A stretch of 32,000 nucleotides of DNA from Cereibacter sphaeroides 2.4.1 (GCF_000012905.2 NC_007493.2:240001-272000), one strand, 5' to 3'. Positions 1 to 8,221 are shown, numbered from the stretch's first letter. Made by a program: numbers and translations. Notes: generated from the letters alone by a model not told the origin.

Positions 1-479
1 GGGCGATCCATCTGCCGGAGGGGATCTACTTTCCGGTTGTCGGCGCGGTTCTCATCCTGTCCGCCCTTCAGATGGCCCGCGCCGCGATCCTGAGCCCGGG
101 GGTCGGTCCGGCAGTGGTCGGCCGCCCGCCCTTCGCCGCAGCCCTGGCCACGGGGGCGGTCATAGGGTTCGTCTCGGGGACCACCGGCACGGGTGGCGGG
201 GTCTTCCTTGCCCCGATCATCCTGACGATGAAGTGGGGATCGGCGCGGCAAACGGCAGCCACGACAGCAGTTTACAACCTCATCAACTCCTCTGCGGCCC
301 TGCTTGGGACTTACGCCGCCTGGGACCAGGCTCCCTCGGCGCTTCCCGTTTGGCTGGTCGCCGTCGCTGTCGGTGGGACCATCGGCGCCTATATCGGGAG
401 CCGCTATCTGTCTGACCGCTGGCTCCGCGGGACGCTGTCGGTCCTGCTCCTGATGTCGGGCATCAAGCTGATCTGGTGA
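1..479 (+). CDS. TauE/SafE (DUF81) family sulfite-exporter-like membrane permease, C-terminal part (5' end outside window)
   Basis: The frame of ORF 72..479 stays open back to base 3 (AIHLPEGIYFPVVGAVLILSALQ...). The protein is hydrophobic and multi-TM, with a GTGGGVFLAPIIL-type glycine-rich helix typical of TauE/SafE. Stop TGA at 477-479. Confidence 0.75.
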   Translation, partial: AIHLPEGIYFPVVGAVLILSALQMARAAILSPGVGPAVVGRPPFAAALATGAVIGFVSGTTGTGGGVFLAPIILTMKWGSARQTAATTAVYNLINSSAALLGTYAAWDQAPSALPVWLVAVAVGGTIGAYIGSRYLSDRWLRGTLSVLLLMSGIKLIW

Positions 480-489
480 GGAGGTGCCC

Positions 490-1449
490 TCAGCTCCGGG
501 CGAGCGCTGCCGCGGCTGCGGCGCGGGCGGCGAAGGCGCGGCTGGGGCTGCGGGGCTTCGGCGCGGTGCGGGCGGTAAGACGGGCGTAGAAGGCGGCTCG
601 GGTCTCGCTGCGGTCGGCGAGGCCGCGGCGGATGGCCGCGGGGGCGCGGAAGGTCGCGCCGCCGTCCTGCGGATCGTCTGTCACGCTGAGGCGGGCGGCG
701 AGCTCGGCCGCCGGGATGGCGCGGCCGGTGGAGACGGCAGCGTGGAAGGCGGCCTCGGCCTCGTCGAGGCTGCGCTGGAGCTCGGCGCGGCCGGCTTCGG
801 TCGAGGCGTCCGGGCGCTTGGCGCGGGCGTGGCGGGAGCTCATCTCGAAGATCTGCGCGCCGTTGGCACCCGGCTGGACGTGGGCCGCGGCGGTCAGCGC
901 GATGCCGATGGAGCCCGCCACCGCGCCCGGCGTCATCACGATCTCGGAGGCCTGCGAGGCGAGCCAATAGGCGGCGGACGCGGCCAGTGGCGAGACGAGG
1001 GCATGGACCGGCTTCACGGCGGCCGCGGTGGCGATGGCCTCGGCCGCGGCCTCGATCCCGCAGACGAGGCCGCCGGGGCTGTCGATCTCGAGCACGATGG
1101 CGGCGGCATCCTCGCTGGCGGCGAGGTGGGCCAGCGTCTCGGCCAGACCATGGTAGGTGGCCCAGCCGAACCAGCGCTCGTACTGCGCCATGTTCGGCGT
1201 GAGGATCCCGCGCACCGGCACCACCGCGAGGCCGCGCGCGACGGTGAAGCGGTCGGGGACGGTCGGGCCGGCCGTTGGCCCGTGCGCGAGGGCGGCGGGC
1301 TCGGTTGCGGCCGACAGGATGCTCTCGGAGGGGGCCGATCCGCCGACACCGCCTTCCGGAATGGCGAGGGCGAGGAGGGGCGCCGCGAGATCCTCGGCCA
1401 GCGCCATGGGCTGCAGGGGGCCGAAGAGGCTGGCGAGCGTGCGGGTCAT
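490..1449 (-). CDS. S49 (SppA/ClpP-fold) family peptidase, phage prohead protease/scaffold-like
   Basis: 319 aa. The motifs ...AAIVLEIDSPGG...PVHALVSPLAASAAYWLASQASEIVMTPGAVAGSIG... are typical of S49 head-maturation proteases. ATG at 1449 overlaps the portal stop (ATGA), indicating translational coupling. Confidence 0.8.
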   Translation of the reverse strand: MTRTLASLFGPLQPMALAEDLAAPLLALAIPEGGVGGSAPSESILSAATEPAALAHGPTAGPTVPDRFTVARGLAVVPVRGILTPNMAQYERWFGWATYHGLAETLAHLAASEDAAAIVLEIDSPGGLVCGIEAAAEAIATAAAVKPVHALVSPLAASAAYWLASQASEIVMTPGAVAGSIGIALTAAAHVQPGANGAQIFEMSSRHARAKRPDASTEAGRAELQRSLDEAEAAFHAAVSTGRAIPAAELAARLSVTDDPQDGGATFRAPAAIRRGLADRSETRAAFYARLTARTAPKPRSPSRAFAARAAAAAALARS

Positions 1450-2714
1450 GGGTCTGTCTCCTCGCTGCGGGTCATGTTCGGCGCCGGGTTCAGCCGGTCG
1501 CCGCCCTCGATCGGATCGTAGCCGTCGATGCGCCTGGCCTCGTTCGGGGTCAGGATCGGGCCGCCCACCGCCTTGGCGAGCGCCTCGAATCTCTCCTTGG
1601 TTGTCGGCCGGAGCAGGGCCCCGAAGTCATGGCGGAAGAAGAGGCCCGCCCGCCGCTCGGCCTCGGTCAGCACGCCGAGCGCGAGCTGGTCCTCGACCTG
1701 TTTCGCCCAATGGAGGAGGCAGTCGGTCAGATAGTCGATGGCCTGCTGCTCGCCATTGGCCTTCACCCCGTATTCCATCATCTGAAGCTTCGCCGGCGGC
1801 ACCCGGTAGATCGCCGCGATCTGCTCGCGGTCGAACTTGCGGCTCCCGAGCAGCTCCTGATCGGCAGCCTTCATGTCGAGCGTCTGCACATCCTCGCCCT
1901 CGCCGAGGATCGGGAAGCCCTCGACCTCCGGCGCGCGGAGGGCCGCGGCCACCCGGCGGGCGCTCCTGACGCGGGCCTCGTCATCCTCATAATCGTCGCG
2001 GAGCCGGATCACGGCGCGGGCGGTGACGCCCGAGGCCGCACGGGCCGCGGACTCCTGGCCCGCGAGCGCGAGGCCCACGCTCTCGGCCGCGACCTCGAGC
2101 GGGCTGCGGCCCGTCCAGCCGTCCTCGGCCATGTAGCGCAGATGGATCATGGCGCGGGCGGGGGCGCGGCGGCGGAGGCCCGCGCCGTCCTCGAAGTCGT
2201 AGAACCGCTCTCGGCCGGCGCGGAGCACGCTGCAGCCGGACTGGCGCACCAGATCGATCAGCTCGAGCTCGCCCGCCCCGTCGCGCGGCGCCCAGGCGAA
2301 GGCATTGCCGCGGAGGGTGAAGGCGTACCCCAGCGCGAAGCGGACCACCGAGGCCGCCACGCCGGGCGCGGCTTCCACATTGAGAAGATAGGGCGCGGCA
2401 TGGTCCCGCACCCGGACCTCGCGGCCGTCGCCGCTGCGCTGGAAGAGCTTCAGCGGCACCTTCGCGAGATCGCCCGCGATGACGGCGCAGCAGGCATAGA
2501 CCGTGGCATGGCGCTGCGCCACCTCGGCCGAGACGCGGGGCAGGGTGCGGATCCGGCTCGCGCCGCCCGAGCTCCAGCCGACCTCCTGCAGCCAGGGCCT
2601 CGGCACGGCCGTGCCGCTCGCCTCGGCCGCGGCCTGCGGCGCCGTCACGGGCGGCTCGGTGCGGACGGAGGCGCCCGCCATTCGCGAAGCGCCAAATCGC
2701 GGCCATCTGCTCAT
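1446..2714 (-). CDS. Phage portal protein (HK97-family-like)
   Basis: The ORF 1446..2735 sequence (VSAEVAQRHATVYACCAVIAGDLAKVPLKLF...YRVPPAKLQMMEYG...) resembles HK97-type portals. Preferred start is ATG 2714, preceded by AAAGGAAGGA with a 5-nt spacer. The track start at 2735 is a TTG. Confidence 0.85.
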   Translation of the reverse strand: MSRWPRFGASRMAGASVRTEPPVTAPQAAAEASGTAVPRPWLQEVGWSSGGASRIRTLPRVSAEVAQRHATVYACCAVIAGDLAKVPLKLFQRSGDGREVRVRDHAAPYLLNVEAAPGVAASVVRFALGYAFTLRGNAFAWAPRDGAGELELIDLVRQSGCSVLRAGRERFYDFEDGAGLRRRAPARAMIHLRYMAEDGWTGRSPLEVAAESVGLALAGQESAARAASGVTARAVIRLRDDYEDDEARVRSARRVAAALRAPEVEGFPILGEGEDVQTLDMKAADQELLGSRKFDREQIAAIYRVPPAKLQMMEYGVKANGEQQAIDYLTDCLLHWAKQVEDQLALGVLTEAERRAGLFFRHDFGALLRPTTKERFEALAKAVGGPILTPNEARRIDGYDPIEGGDRLNPAPNMTRSEETDP

Positions 2715-2794
2715 GCCGGTCCTTCCTTTCGCCAAGCGATCCGGCGGGAGCGCCTGCTCATTGTGTTCCGTGGTGCCGGTGGGCAGACTCTATG

Positions 2795-2823
2795 TTCCTG
2801 CGAGCCCTTTGCGGACGGTCGCA
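2795..2823 (-). terminator. Hairpin just downstream of the EamA stop (CCTGCGA-N15-TCGCAGG); possible terminator or insulator of the cargo cassette
   Basis: 7-bp inverted repeat read directly from the sequence. There is no U-tract, so an intrinsic-terminator function is uncertain. Confidence 0.2.
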
Positions 2824-2827
2824 GGTG

Positions 2828-3700
2828 TCAGCCTGCCGAGAGCAGGATGACTCCCGCTATCAGCACGGCACATCCCACCAGGCGCCACCGGCCAACTGCT
2901 TCGCGCAGGATCAACATGCCCAGAAGCGCCCCCACCATCATCGACATCTCGCGCATCGGGGCGACAAGGCTGAGCGGGGCGCCACCCGTCAGAGCGGCCA
3001 GCACGAGGATGTAGGAGAGCGGAGACAGAAGGCCCACTCCGATCGCGGCCCCCCAGTGCCCGCGCATCGCGCTCAGGGCGCGGCGAGGGTCAGCGATCAC
3101 CAGCGGCAGCAGCAGGAAAAACCGGAGCAGGTTCGAGAACCAGTCGAGCACCACCGGCGCGATGCCGAGCGCTGTCACCGCGAAGGCGTCGACCACCGTG
3201 TAGCTCGCGATCAGGCCGCCCGTTGCGGTGCCCCAGCGGACCCCGGCCTGCCCGCCGGGGCGCGTGAAGGCGGCCAGGCTGCCTCGGGTGGCGATCAGCA
3301 GGATCCCCGCGACGACCAGGGCCAGACCGATCAGACCGGTGCCGGAGGGTGTCTCGCCGAGGATCAGGAACGCCCCGAGGGTCGAGAGCATCGGCCCCGT
3401 CCCTCGCGCCACGGGATAGACCACCGACAGATCGGCCACCTGATAACCGCGCTGCAGGCACAGGCTGTAGGCCAGATGGATCAGTCCGCTGAGCAGCACG
3501 AACCCGATGCCCGTCCAGGTCCAGATGATGCCGTCGTGTATCAGCAGATACAGCACCCATGGCGCGTAGGCCACGCAGGCGATCAGGTTGTAGGCGAAGA
3601 CGAAGACCGGCCCGACCGATGCGGCCGTCTTGGCGAGCAGGTTCCAGCTGGCATGTATGAAGGATGCGAGAACGACAAGAAGCAGCGAGGCAAGCGTCAT
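2828..3700 (-). CDS. EamA/DMT-superfamily transporter (about 10 TM), cargo gene inside the phage packaging module
   Basis: 290 aa from ATG 3700, with RBS AAGGGGG 5 nt upstream. The protein is hydrophobic throughout and has the two-repeat EamA-like architecture (...SWNLLAK...VYPVARGTGPMLSTLGAFLILGE... / ...LVAPMREMSMMVGALLGMLILRE...). The 41 codons upstream in the track ORF are Arg/Gly-rich non-coding leader. Confidence 0.85.
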   Translation of the reverse strand: MTLASLLLVVLASFIHASWNLLAKTAASVGPVFVFAYNLIACVAYAPWVLYLLIHDGIIWTWTGIGFVLLSGLIHLAYSLCLQRGYQVADLSVVYPVARGTGPMLSTLGAFLILGETPSGTGLIGLALVVAGILLIATRGSLAAFTRPGGQAGVRWGTATGGLIASYTVVDAFAVTALGIAPVVLDWFSNLLRFFLLLPLVIADPRRALSAMRGHWGAAIGVGLLSPLSYILVLAALTGGAPLSLVAPMREMSMMVGALLGMLILREAVGRWRLVGCAVLIAGVILLSAG

Positions 3701-3741
3701 TGAGACCCCCTTATGCGCCCATCGGCGCGGTTGATCTCGAC

Positions 3742-3842
3742 GTCTCCTCCCCTGGGCTTTTGTCCCTTGGGTGCTGGCCCGGAGAACTCCCCCGGTCTCT
3801 GCAACGCTCGGTCCTGCGGCCAAAGGCCCGGAACCCTAGTTG
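3742..3842 (-). promoter_or_regulatory. Candidate ykkC-yxkD family riboswitch aptamer (guanidine-I or a ykkC subtype-2 variant) in the 5' leader of the EamA transporter
   Basis: Minus-strand RNA: ACUAGGGUUCCGG (3840-3828), then a GGCC-UUU-GGCC hairpin, then GGACCGAGCG (3814-3805), then a variable hairpin, then GGGACAAAAGCCCAGGGGAG (3766-3747). These match, in order and spacing, the conserved cores I recall for ykkC (CUAGGGUUCCG / GGUCCGAGAG / GGGAUAAAAGCCCGGGAGA). It lies 41 nt upstream of the start codon. No covariance-model score was computed. Confidence 0.65.
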
Positions 3843-3861
3843 CCACTCAGTCGATGCAGTT

Positions 3862-3891
3862 ATGCTAACCACTATCGACCAGCGGCATCAA
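3862..3891 (-). promoter_or_regulatory. Possible sigma70-type promoter for the riboswitch-EamA transcript
   Basis: Minus strand reads TTGATG (3891-3886), an 18-nt spacer, then TAGCAT (3867-3862). It sits in a locally AT-richer stretch about 20 nt upstream of the aptamer. Pattern match only. Confidence 0.25.
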
Positions 3892-4018
3892 TATGCGACT
3901 GGCAGCTTTGTCCGCAATGCCGCCTCCGGGCAGAGTGATCCGGAGATCTCGCCAGGAGCCTTGGCCGTTCCGCCCGTCCCGAGGGCCGCCATTCCCGAAG
4001 CGCGAGCGGCGCCCCCGC

Positions 4019-5677
4019 TCACGCCGTCTCCACCTCCCTTGCGCGGCGGCGGCCTTCGGCGGCTTCGGCGCGCCCCAGGGCCATGATCGCGGCCACCGCC
4101 GGGTCGATCCGGCCCTTCGAGCGCGCCTTGTTCGGCTTGATGTTCTCGGCCGCATCCTCGTCGCGGTGGACGTTGCCCACCGCCCAGGCCAGCACCGGAT
4201 TGCCGGCGTGGCGGATCCGGCCCTTCGCCACCGCCTCCTCGAACCGCTTCATCGGCGAGGACATCGAGCCGTAGCCCTGCCCGTGCTCGACCAGCGGGAA
4301 GCGGCGCTTCAGGAGCTCCTTCGCCATGTATTTCATGCCCCAGCGGTCGTAGGCGAGCTCGCGCAGGTCGAACCGCGCCCGGATCGTCTCCAGCCGCTCG
4401 ATCACCTGATCCTCGTCGATCACCCCGCCGGAATGGACCTCGAGCCAGCCGGCATCGCGCCAGGCGACATATTCGCGCTTCTCCTTCTGCGCCCGCGCGA
4501 TGAAGCCCTTCGGCCCCTCGGGCAGGAAGGAATAGGCCAGGAGATAGATCTGGCCGTCCTTCGGCACGGCGACCGAGATCGCCGTGAGGTCGGTGGTCTT
4601 CGAGAGATCGAGGCCGACCCAAGCGGGCAGCCCGTAGAGCGGCCGCGGGTCGAACGGCTCGGCGCCCCGGTCCCAGACGTCGCGGGCGATCCAGGTCTGG
4701 GCGCCTTCCGTCCAGAGGTTCATGTGCAGCCGGCGGAAGTTCGGCATCTTGCCCGAGATGACCGTGGCCTCGCGGTACATCTCGCCGAACCGTTCTTCCG
4801 AGAAGGCCACGCCGAGGTTCGGGTTCGCCATCTTCCAGAAGCGCGGATCGGCCACGTCGCAGTCGGGCGGGGGCTCGGCCACATAGGCGAAGAAGCTGTC
4901 GTCGCTGACCGTGCCCCGCACCACCTCCTCGGCATAGTCCCGCATCTCGCCGCAGAGGCTCGCGCGGTCGGCGCCGGCGGTGGTGATCGCCCAGTCGATG
5001 GGCTGGGCGCGGGCGATCATCGAGTTCGTGAGCACCTCGGCAAGCTCGCGGTCGGTCCAGCGGTGGACCTCGTCGCGGGCGGCGAAGTGCGGGTTGATCC
5101 CGTCCGAGCTGTTGCCGTCGCGCGAGAGGCAGGCGATCAGCCCCTCGGTCGCCGGCACCTCGATGGAGGTGCGCCAGACCTGCATCAGGGCCGAGAGATG
5201 CGGCGAGGCGCGGATCATGCGCTTGAGCTCGCGGAAGAGGAGCCCGGCCTGGTCGCGCGTGGTGGCGGCGCAATAGCCCTGCGGCGCCGCCTCCCGGTCG
5301 AAGAGCGCGGTGAAGAGGGCGGGCACCGCCGTGTCGGTGGTCTTGCCGTTCTTCTTGGCCACCTGATGGTAGGTGGTGCGGAAGCGGCGGAGGCCGCCTT
5401 CCTTCTTCCAGCCGAAGACCGAACCATGGCGGAAGGCCTGCCAGGGGCGGAGCGTGAGCGGCCGCCCGGCGAGCGGCCCGGTCGTGTGCTGGATCAGCTC
5501 GGCGAAGTTCAGGACCCGGCTCGCGGCCTTGCAGTCGAACCAGAGGCCGCGGTCGCGCCCGGTCTCGAGGTCGGTCAGGTGGCGCAGGCAGGCGAGCCGC
5601 ACCAGGTCTCCGGCGGTCTCGCGGCCCTCGACCACATCGAGCGCATAGCGCGAGACCGGATGGTCAATCGGCTCCAT
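4019..5677 (-). CDS. terL: Phage terminase large subunit (Terminase_1 family)
   Basis: 552 aa. It has a Walker-A-like VAKKNGKTT, and its length and N-terminal ATPase plus C-terminal nuclease layout are typical of TerL. It overlaps the terS stop by 14 nt. Confidence 0.9.
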   Translation of the reverse strand: MEPIDHPVSRYALDVVEGRETAGDLVRLACLRHLTDLETGRDRGLWFDCKAASRVLNFAELIQHTTGPLAGRPLTLRPWQAFRHGSVFGWKKEGGLRRFRTTYHQVAKKNGKTTDTAVPALFTALFDREAAPQGYCAATTRDQAGLLFRELKRMIRASPHLSALMQVWRTSIEVPATEGLIACLSRDGNSSDGINPHFAARDEVHRWTDRELAEVLTNSMIARAQPIDWAITTAGADRASLCGEMRDYAEEVVRGTVSDDSFFAYVAEPPPDCDVADPRFWKMANPNLGVAFSEERFGEMYREATVISGKMPNFRRLHMNLWTEGAQTWIARDVWDRGAEPFDPRPLYGLPAWVGLDLSKTTDLTAISVAVPKDGQIYLLAYSFLPEGPKGFIARAQKEKREYVAWRDAGWLEVHSGGVIDEDQVIERLETIRARFDLRELAYDRWGMKYMAKELLKRRFPLVEHGQGYGSMSSPMKRFEEAVAKGRIRHAGNPVLAWAVGNVHRDEDAAENIKPNKARSKGRIDPAVAAIMALGRAEAAEGRRRAREVETA

Positions 5678-6101
5678 CGAGGGTCTTCAGGATCTCGTCG
5701 AAGAGGTCGCCCTGTCCGGTGACGCGGACGCGGGCCTCGTCGACCGGCGTGAGGCCGAAGCGGGCGGCGAGCTGGTTCATGACGGCGATGGCATCCTGCC
5801 GCTGGCCCCAGACGGCGCGCTTCTTCTGCTGGCGGCCGTTGCGGGTCTCGACCTCGTACCAGCTGCCGAAGGCCGCGATGTCGCCGGTGAAGCGGATGAC
5901 ATCGGCCACGGCCTCGCAATAGACCGCGAACGGATCCTCGAAGGCGGGCTCGAGCCGCTTCTTCGCCACCAGCACCGGGGCGAGCCGGTCCCAGACCTCG
6001 CGGCCTTCCGCGCTCATCCAGCCCGGAGCCTCCGGCACGGGCGCCGCGAGATCGCCCTTCATCGGGATGACGTTCGAGACCTTCGGCTTCTGCCCGCGCA
6101 T
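5664..6101 (-). CDS. terS: Phage terminase small subunit, P27 family
   Basis: 145 aa from ATG 6101 (RBS AAGGA). MRGQKPKVSNV...W..LAPVL...AVYCEAVAD...LAARFGLTPVDEARV fits the P27-family TerS pattern. The longer track ORF (to 6311) is an Arg-rich extension without an RBS. Confidence 0.8.
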   Translation of the reverse strand: MRGQKPKVSNVIPMKGDLAAPVPEAPGWMSAEGREVWDRLAPVLVAKKRLEPAFEDPFAVYCEAVADVIRFTGDIAAFGSWYEVETRNGRQQKKRAVWGQRQDAIAVMNQLAARFGLTPVDEARVRVTGQGDLFDEILKTLDGAD

Positions 6102-6365
6102 CGTGACTGTCCTTGTTCTGTGGGCTGCGCCCGTGCCGGCCCGATCCTCGCCGCATCGGCGGCCGGATCGGGGGCGCCGGGATCGGCGGCCCATCATGTC
6201 TGTTGTGCGCCGCGCGGAGCGGGGGCTCGCGGCCATCGGCTCGTCGTGGATCCGCTGGGGCGGGGGCAGGGGCGGCGGGCAGGTCTCCCGCTTCCTCTCA
6301 TCCCTCTGCACGGTGGGCTTTTTTTGCCAATTCGCCGTGCGTGAAAAGGAAGGTTCGAGCGCCGG

Positions 6366-6779
6366 TTACCTGGCCGACCCCTCCGATTTTGCGATGCCCC
6401 CCGGTGGGTGGAACACCTCGCGCGCGGTCTTGCGGCTGTGGCAGGGCCGGCAGAGCGGCTGCCAGTTGGCCCGGTCCCACATCAGGCCGGGATCGCCGCG
6501 GTGCGGCCGGATGTGGTCGACCTCGGCCGCCGCCACCACGAGCCCGAGCCCCGCGCAGTCGGCGCAGAGCGGATGGGCCGCGAGGAACCGCGCCCGTGCC
6601 CGCCGCCAGCGGCCGGTGGCATAGAAGGCCGCGCCCGCCTGCGCCGCGGCGCCCGCCTTGGCGCGAGCCTTCCGGCTGCGAGCCCGCGCCTCCGCCTCGG
6701 CGGCATGGTCGGCGCAGTGTGCCTGGCCGGCCGGCGCGAGCTCCTCGCAGCCGGGCGCGCAGCAGAGTTTGCGGATCAA
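6366..6779 (-). CDS. Phage-associated HNH endonuclease
   Basis: It has Cys-rich zinc-finger-like motifs (CCAPGC...HCADH; CADCAG) and the HNH core EVDHIRPHRGDPGLMWDRANWQPLCRPCHSRKT. Proposed start is TTG 6779 with GGAG 7 nt upstream. The upstream part of the track ORF overlaps the neighbouring gene. An HNH gene next to terS/terL is the classic cos-phage arrangement. Confidence 0.75.
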   Translation of the reverse strand: MIRKLCCAPGCEELAPAGQAHCADHAAEAEARARSRKARAKAGAAAQAGAAFYATGRWRRARARFLAAHPLCADCAGLGLVVAAAEVDHIRPHRGDPGLMWDRANWQPLCRPCHSRKTAREVFHPPGGIAKSEGSAR

Positions 6780-6796
6780 GGGGAGGCTCCAAAGCG

Positions 6797-6831
6797 AAGC
6801 GCCCGGAGAGCTTGGGGCTCGCCGGGCGCTT
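6797..6831 (-). terminator. Perfect 10-bp stem hairpin (AAGCGCCCGG-N15-CCGGGCGCTT) between the 6883 gene and HNH
   Basis: Read directly. On the minus strand it is followed by CGCUUUGG, a weak U tract. It could be a terminator, attenuator or RNA-processing structure. Confidence 0.3.
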
Positions 6832-6882
6832 GTCTTCGATGATGGCAATCTGCCGAATTGTTTGGGGCAGGTCAAGCCGCTC

Positions 6883-7422
6883 TCAGCGCCACGCCTCGGA
6901 GAGCGCGTCCAGGCCTCGCTGAAGGCGGTCGAGCTGCCGTGCCTCGGATCGGCTGTCCACACGTCCCGGCATGCCACGGAGCGACTGATCGTCCAGAACG
7001 ACATGTTGAATGACGGGCCGAGCAAACGTCGGGACCAACTCCCACATGCGGAAGAACTTCCGCCGCCGATCCACCTGAGCCACCTGCGGATCCTGATCGC
7101 CGCTCATATCGACGCGGACGATGGCGGCCAGCGGATCGCGGGCGGGCATGCCCGAGGCCGCCTCGAAGAGCTCGGCCGCGATGTTGGCCTGCTCGACCGA
7201 GAGCTTGCCCTGCCGGTGATAGCGCCCGACCCAGGTCTCGCGCCTCGTGCGGATCACCCTGTTCGGGTTGCTCTTCTTGCCCGTCTTCGGATCGACCTCG
7301 GCCGCCTCCTCGATCCGCTTGCCCGCGATCTGTGCGGGCGTCAGCGGCCCCAGATCCCACGGCGCGAGCTTCAGGCTCACCAGCTTCGCCTTCATGGCCT
7401 TGCGGCCCTTCGCGCCCCTCAT
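6883..7422 (-). CDS. Hypothetical phage protein (possibly DUF6456-like / HTH-containing)
   Basis: High-GC3 ORF with ATG 7422 preceded by AAGGACAGGGG. Its pattern (..LSVEQANIAAELFEAA.. ; C-terminal ..VVLDDQSLRGM...QLDRLQRGLDALSEAW) is reminiscent of DUF6456 proteins. That assignment comes from memory only. Confidence 0.55.
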   Translation of the reverse strand: MRGAKGRKAMKAKLVSLKLAPWDLGPLTPAQIAGKRIEEAAEVDPKTGKKSNPNRVIRTRRETWVGRYHRQGKLSVEQANIAAELFEAASGMPARDPLAAIVRVDMSGDQDPQVAQVDRRRKFFRMWELVPTFARPVIQHVVLDDQSLRGMPGRVDSRSEARQLDRLQRGLDALSEAWR

Positions 7423-7576
7423 GCGGCACCCCTGTCCTTGTTCTTGTTGTTTTTGCTGTCCGCTCGTCCGCACCGGCTCTGCCCGCCGCATGTCCACCGC
7501 TCTGCCGATCATGCCGACGTCTCCCTCTGCACCGCGCTCCTGCCCGGCCGGACCGCCGTCTTCTTCCCGAGCCCGA

Positions 7577-8149
7577 TCATGCTGCCGCCCCTTCCTTGCG
7601 GCCGCGGCCGGCGTCCACCAGCGCGCGGGCCTGGGCCCGGTCGCGGAGATAGAGCTCGAGCCAGTCGCGATCCTCCCGGCTCGCGGTCTCCCGGTCGATC
7701 CGGTCGCGGATCAGCTCGCAGCGCCGGGCATTGTCCTGCGCCTGGTCGCGGATCTCGCGCAGGTCCATCGCGAGCGGCGGGCGCGGGTGTTTGAGCAGCC
7801 AGCGGTAGAGTTCGACCAGATGCCCGCCCGCTTCCGCCTTCGGTCCCTCGACCGAGGCGAGCCAGCTCGACACCAGCCGCCGCTCCGCCGGCGGCGGCTC
7901 CTCGATGGCGCGCGCGAACTGCCGGATCAGCACCTCGGACGGCCAGACCCCATCCGCCGCGCTGTCGATCAGCACCTCGGCCAAGGTCATCAGGTTCTCC
8001 GCCCCCATGTAGCCCAGCTGCTCGCAGAGCCGCGCCATCGCCGCCTCGTGCGCCGCGGCGGCCGTGCCGCGCCGCCTCACCATCCCGGCCTGCTCCAGCC
8101 GGTCCACCACCAGCGCCTTCACCCGCGCCCGCTCCTCTGCCTTCGTCAT
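7577..8149 (-). CDS. Hypothetical phage protein
   Basis: The ORF 7577..8191 has high GC3. Preferred start is ATG 8149 (GAAAGGG then 6 nt). ATG 8155 is also possible. I recognise no family. Confidence 0.55.
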   Translation of the reverse strand: MTKAEERARVKALVVDRLEQAGMVRRRGTAAAAHEAAMARLCEQLGYMGAENLMTLAEVLIDSAADGVWPSEVLIRQFARAIEEPPPAERRLVSSWLASVEGPKAEAGGHLVELYRWLLKHPRPPLAMDLREIRDQAQDNARRCELIRDRIDRETASREDRDWLELYLRDRAQARALVDAGRGRKEGAAA

Positions 8150-8221
8150 GGCCATCCCTTTCTCAGCCAGCCACGCCTGCCGTCTCGCCACCGCCCGATC
8201 TTCTCACCCCTGCAGAAGGGA

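Noticed and set aside
470-500. Possible attL at the TauE/protease junction
   Set aside because: Only the hexamer TGGTGA is shared with the tRNA-Arg 3' end region (15192-15197). That is too short to call an att core, so the left boundary is left unresolved.
1275-3014. 579-aa plus-strand ORF, together with 1157..1969 and 484..1521
   Set aside because: These are antisense shadows of the portal and S49 protease genes, with no motifs.
3893-5722. 609-aa plus-strand ORF
   Set aside because: It is antisense to the terminase large subunit gene. It has Arg/Pro/Gly-rich composition and no recognisable domain, so it is a shadow ORF.
6780-7025. N-terminal 82 codons of the track ORF 6366..7025 (full-length 219-aa HNH)
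   Set aside because: This part overlaps the 3' end of the 6883..7422 gene in another frame and has no HNH-related sequence. A TTG with a good GGAG RBS at 6779 gives a normal 137-aa HNH protein.
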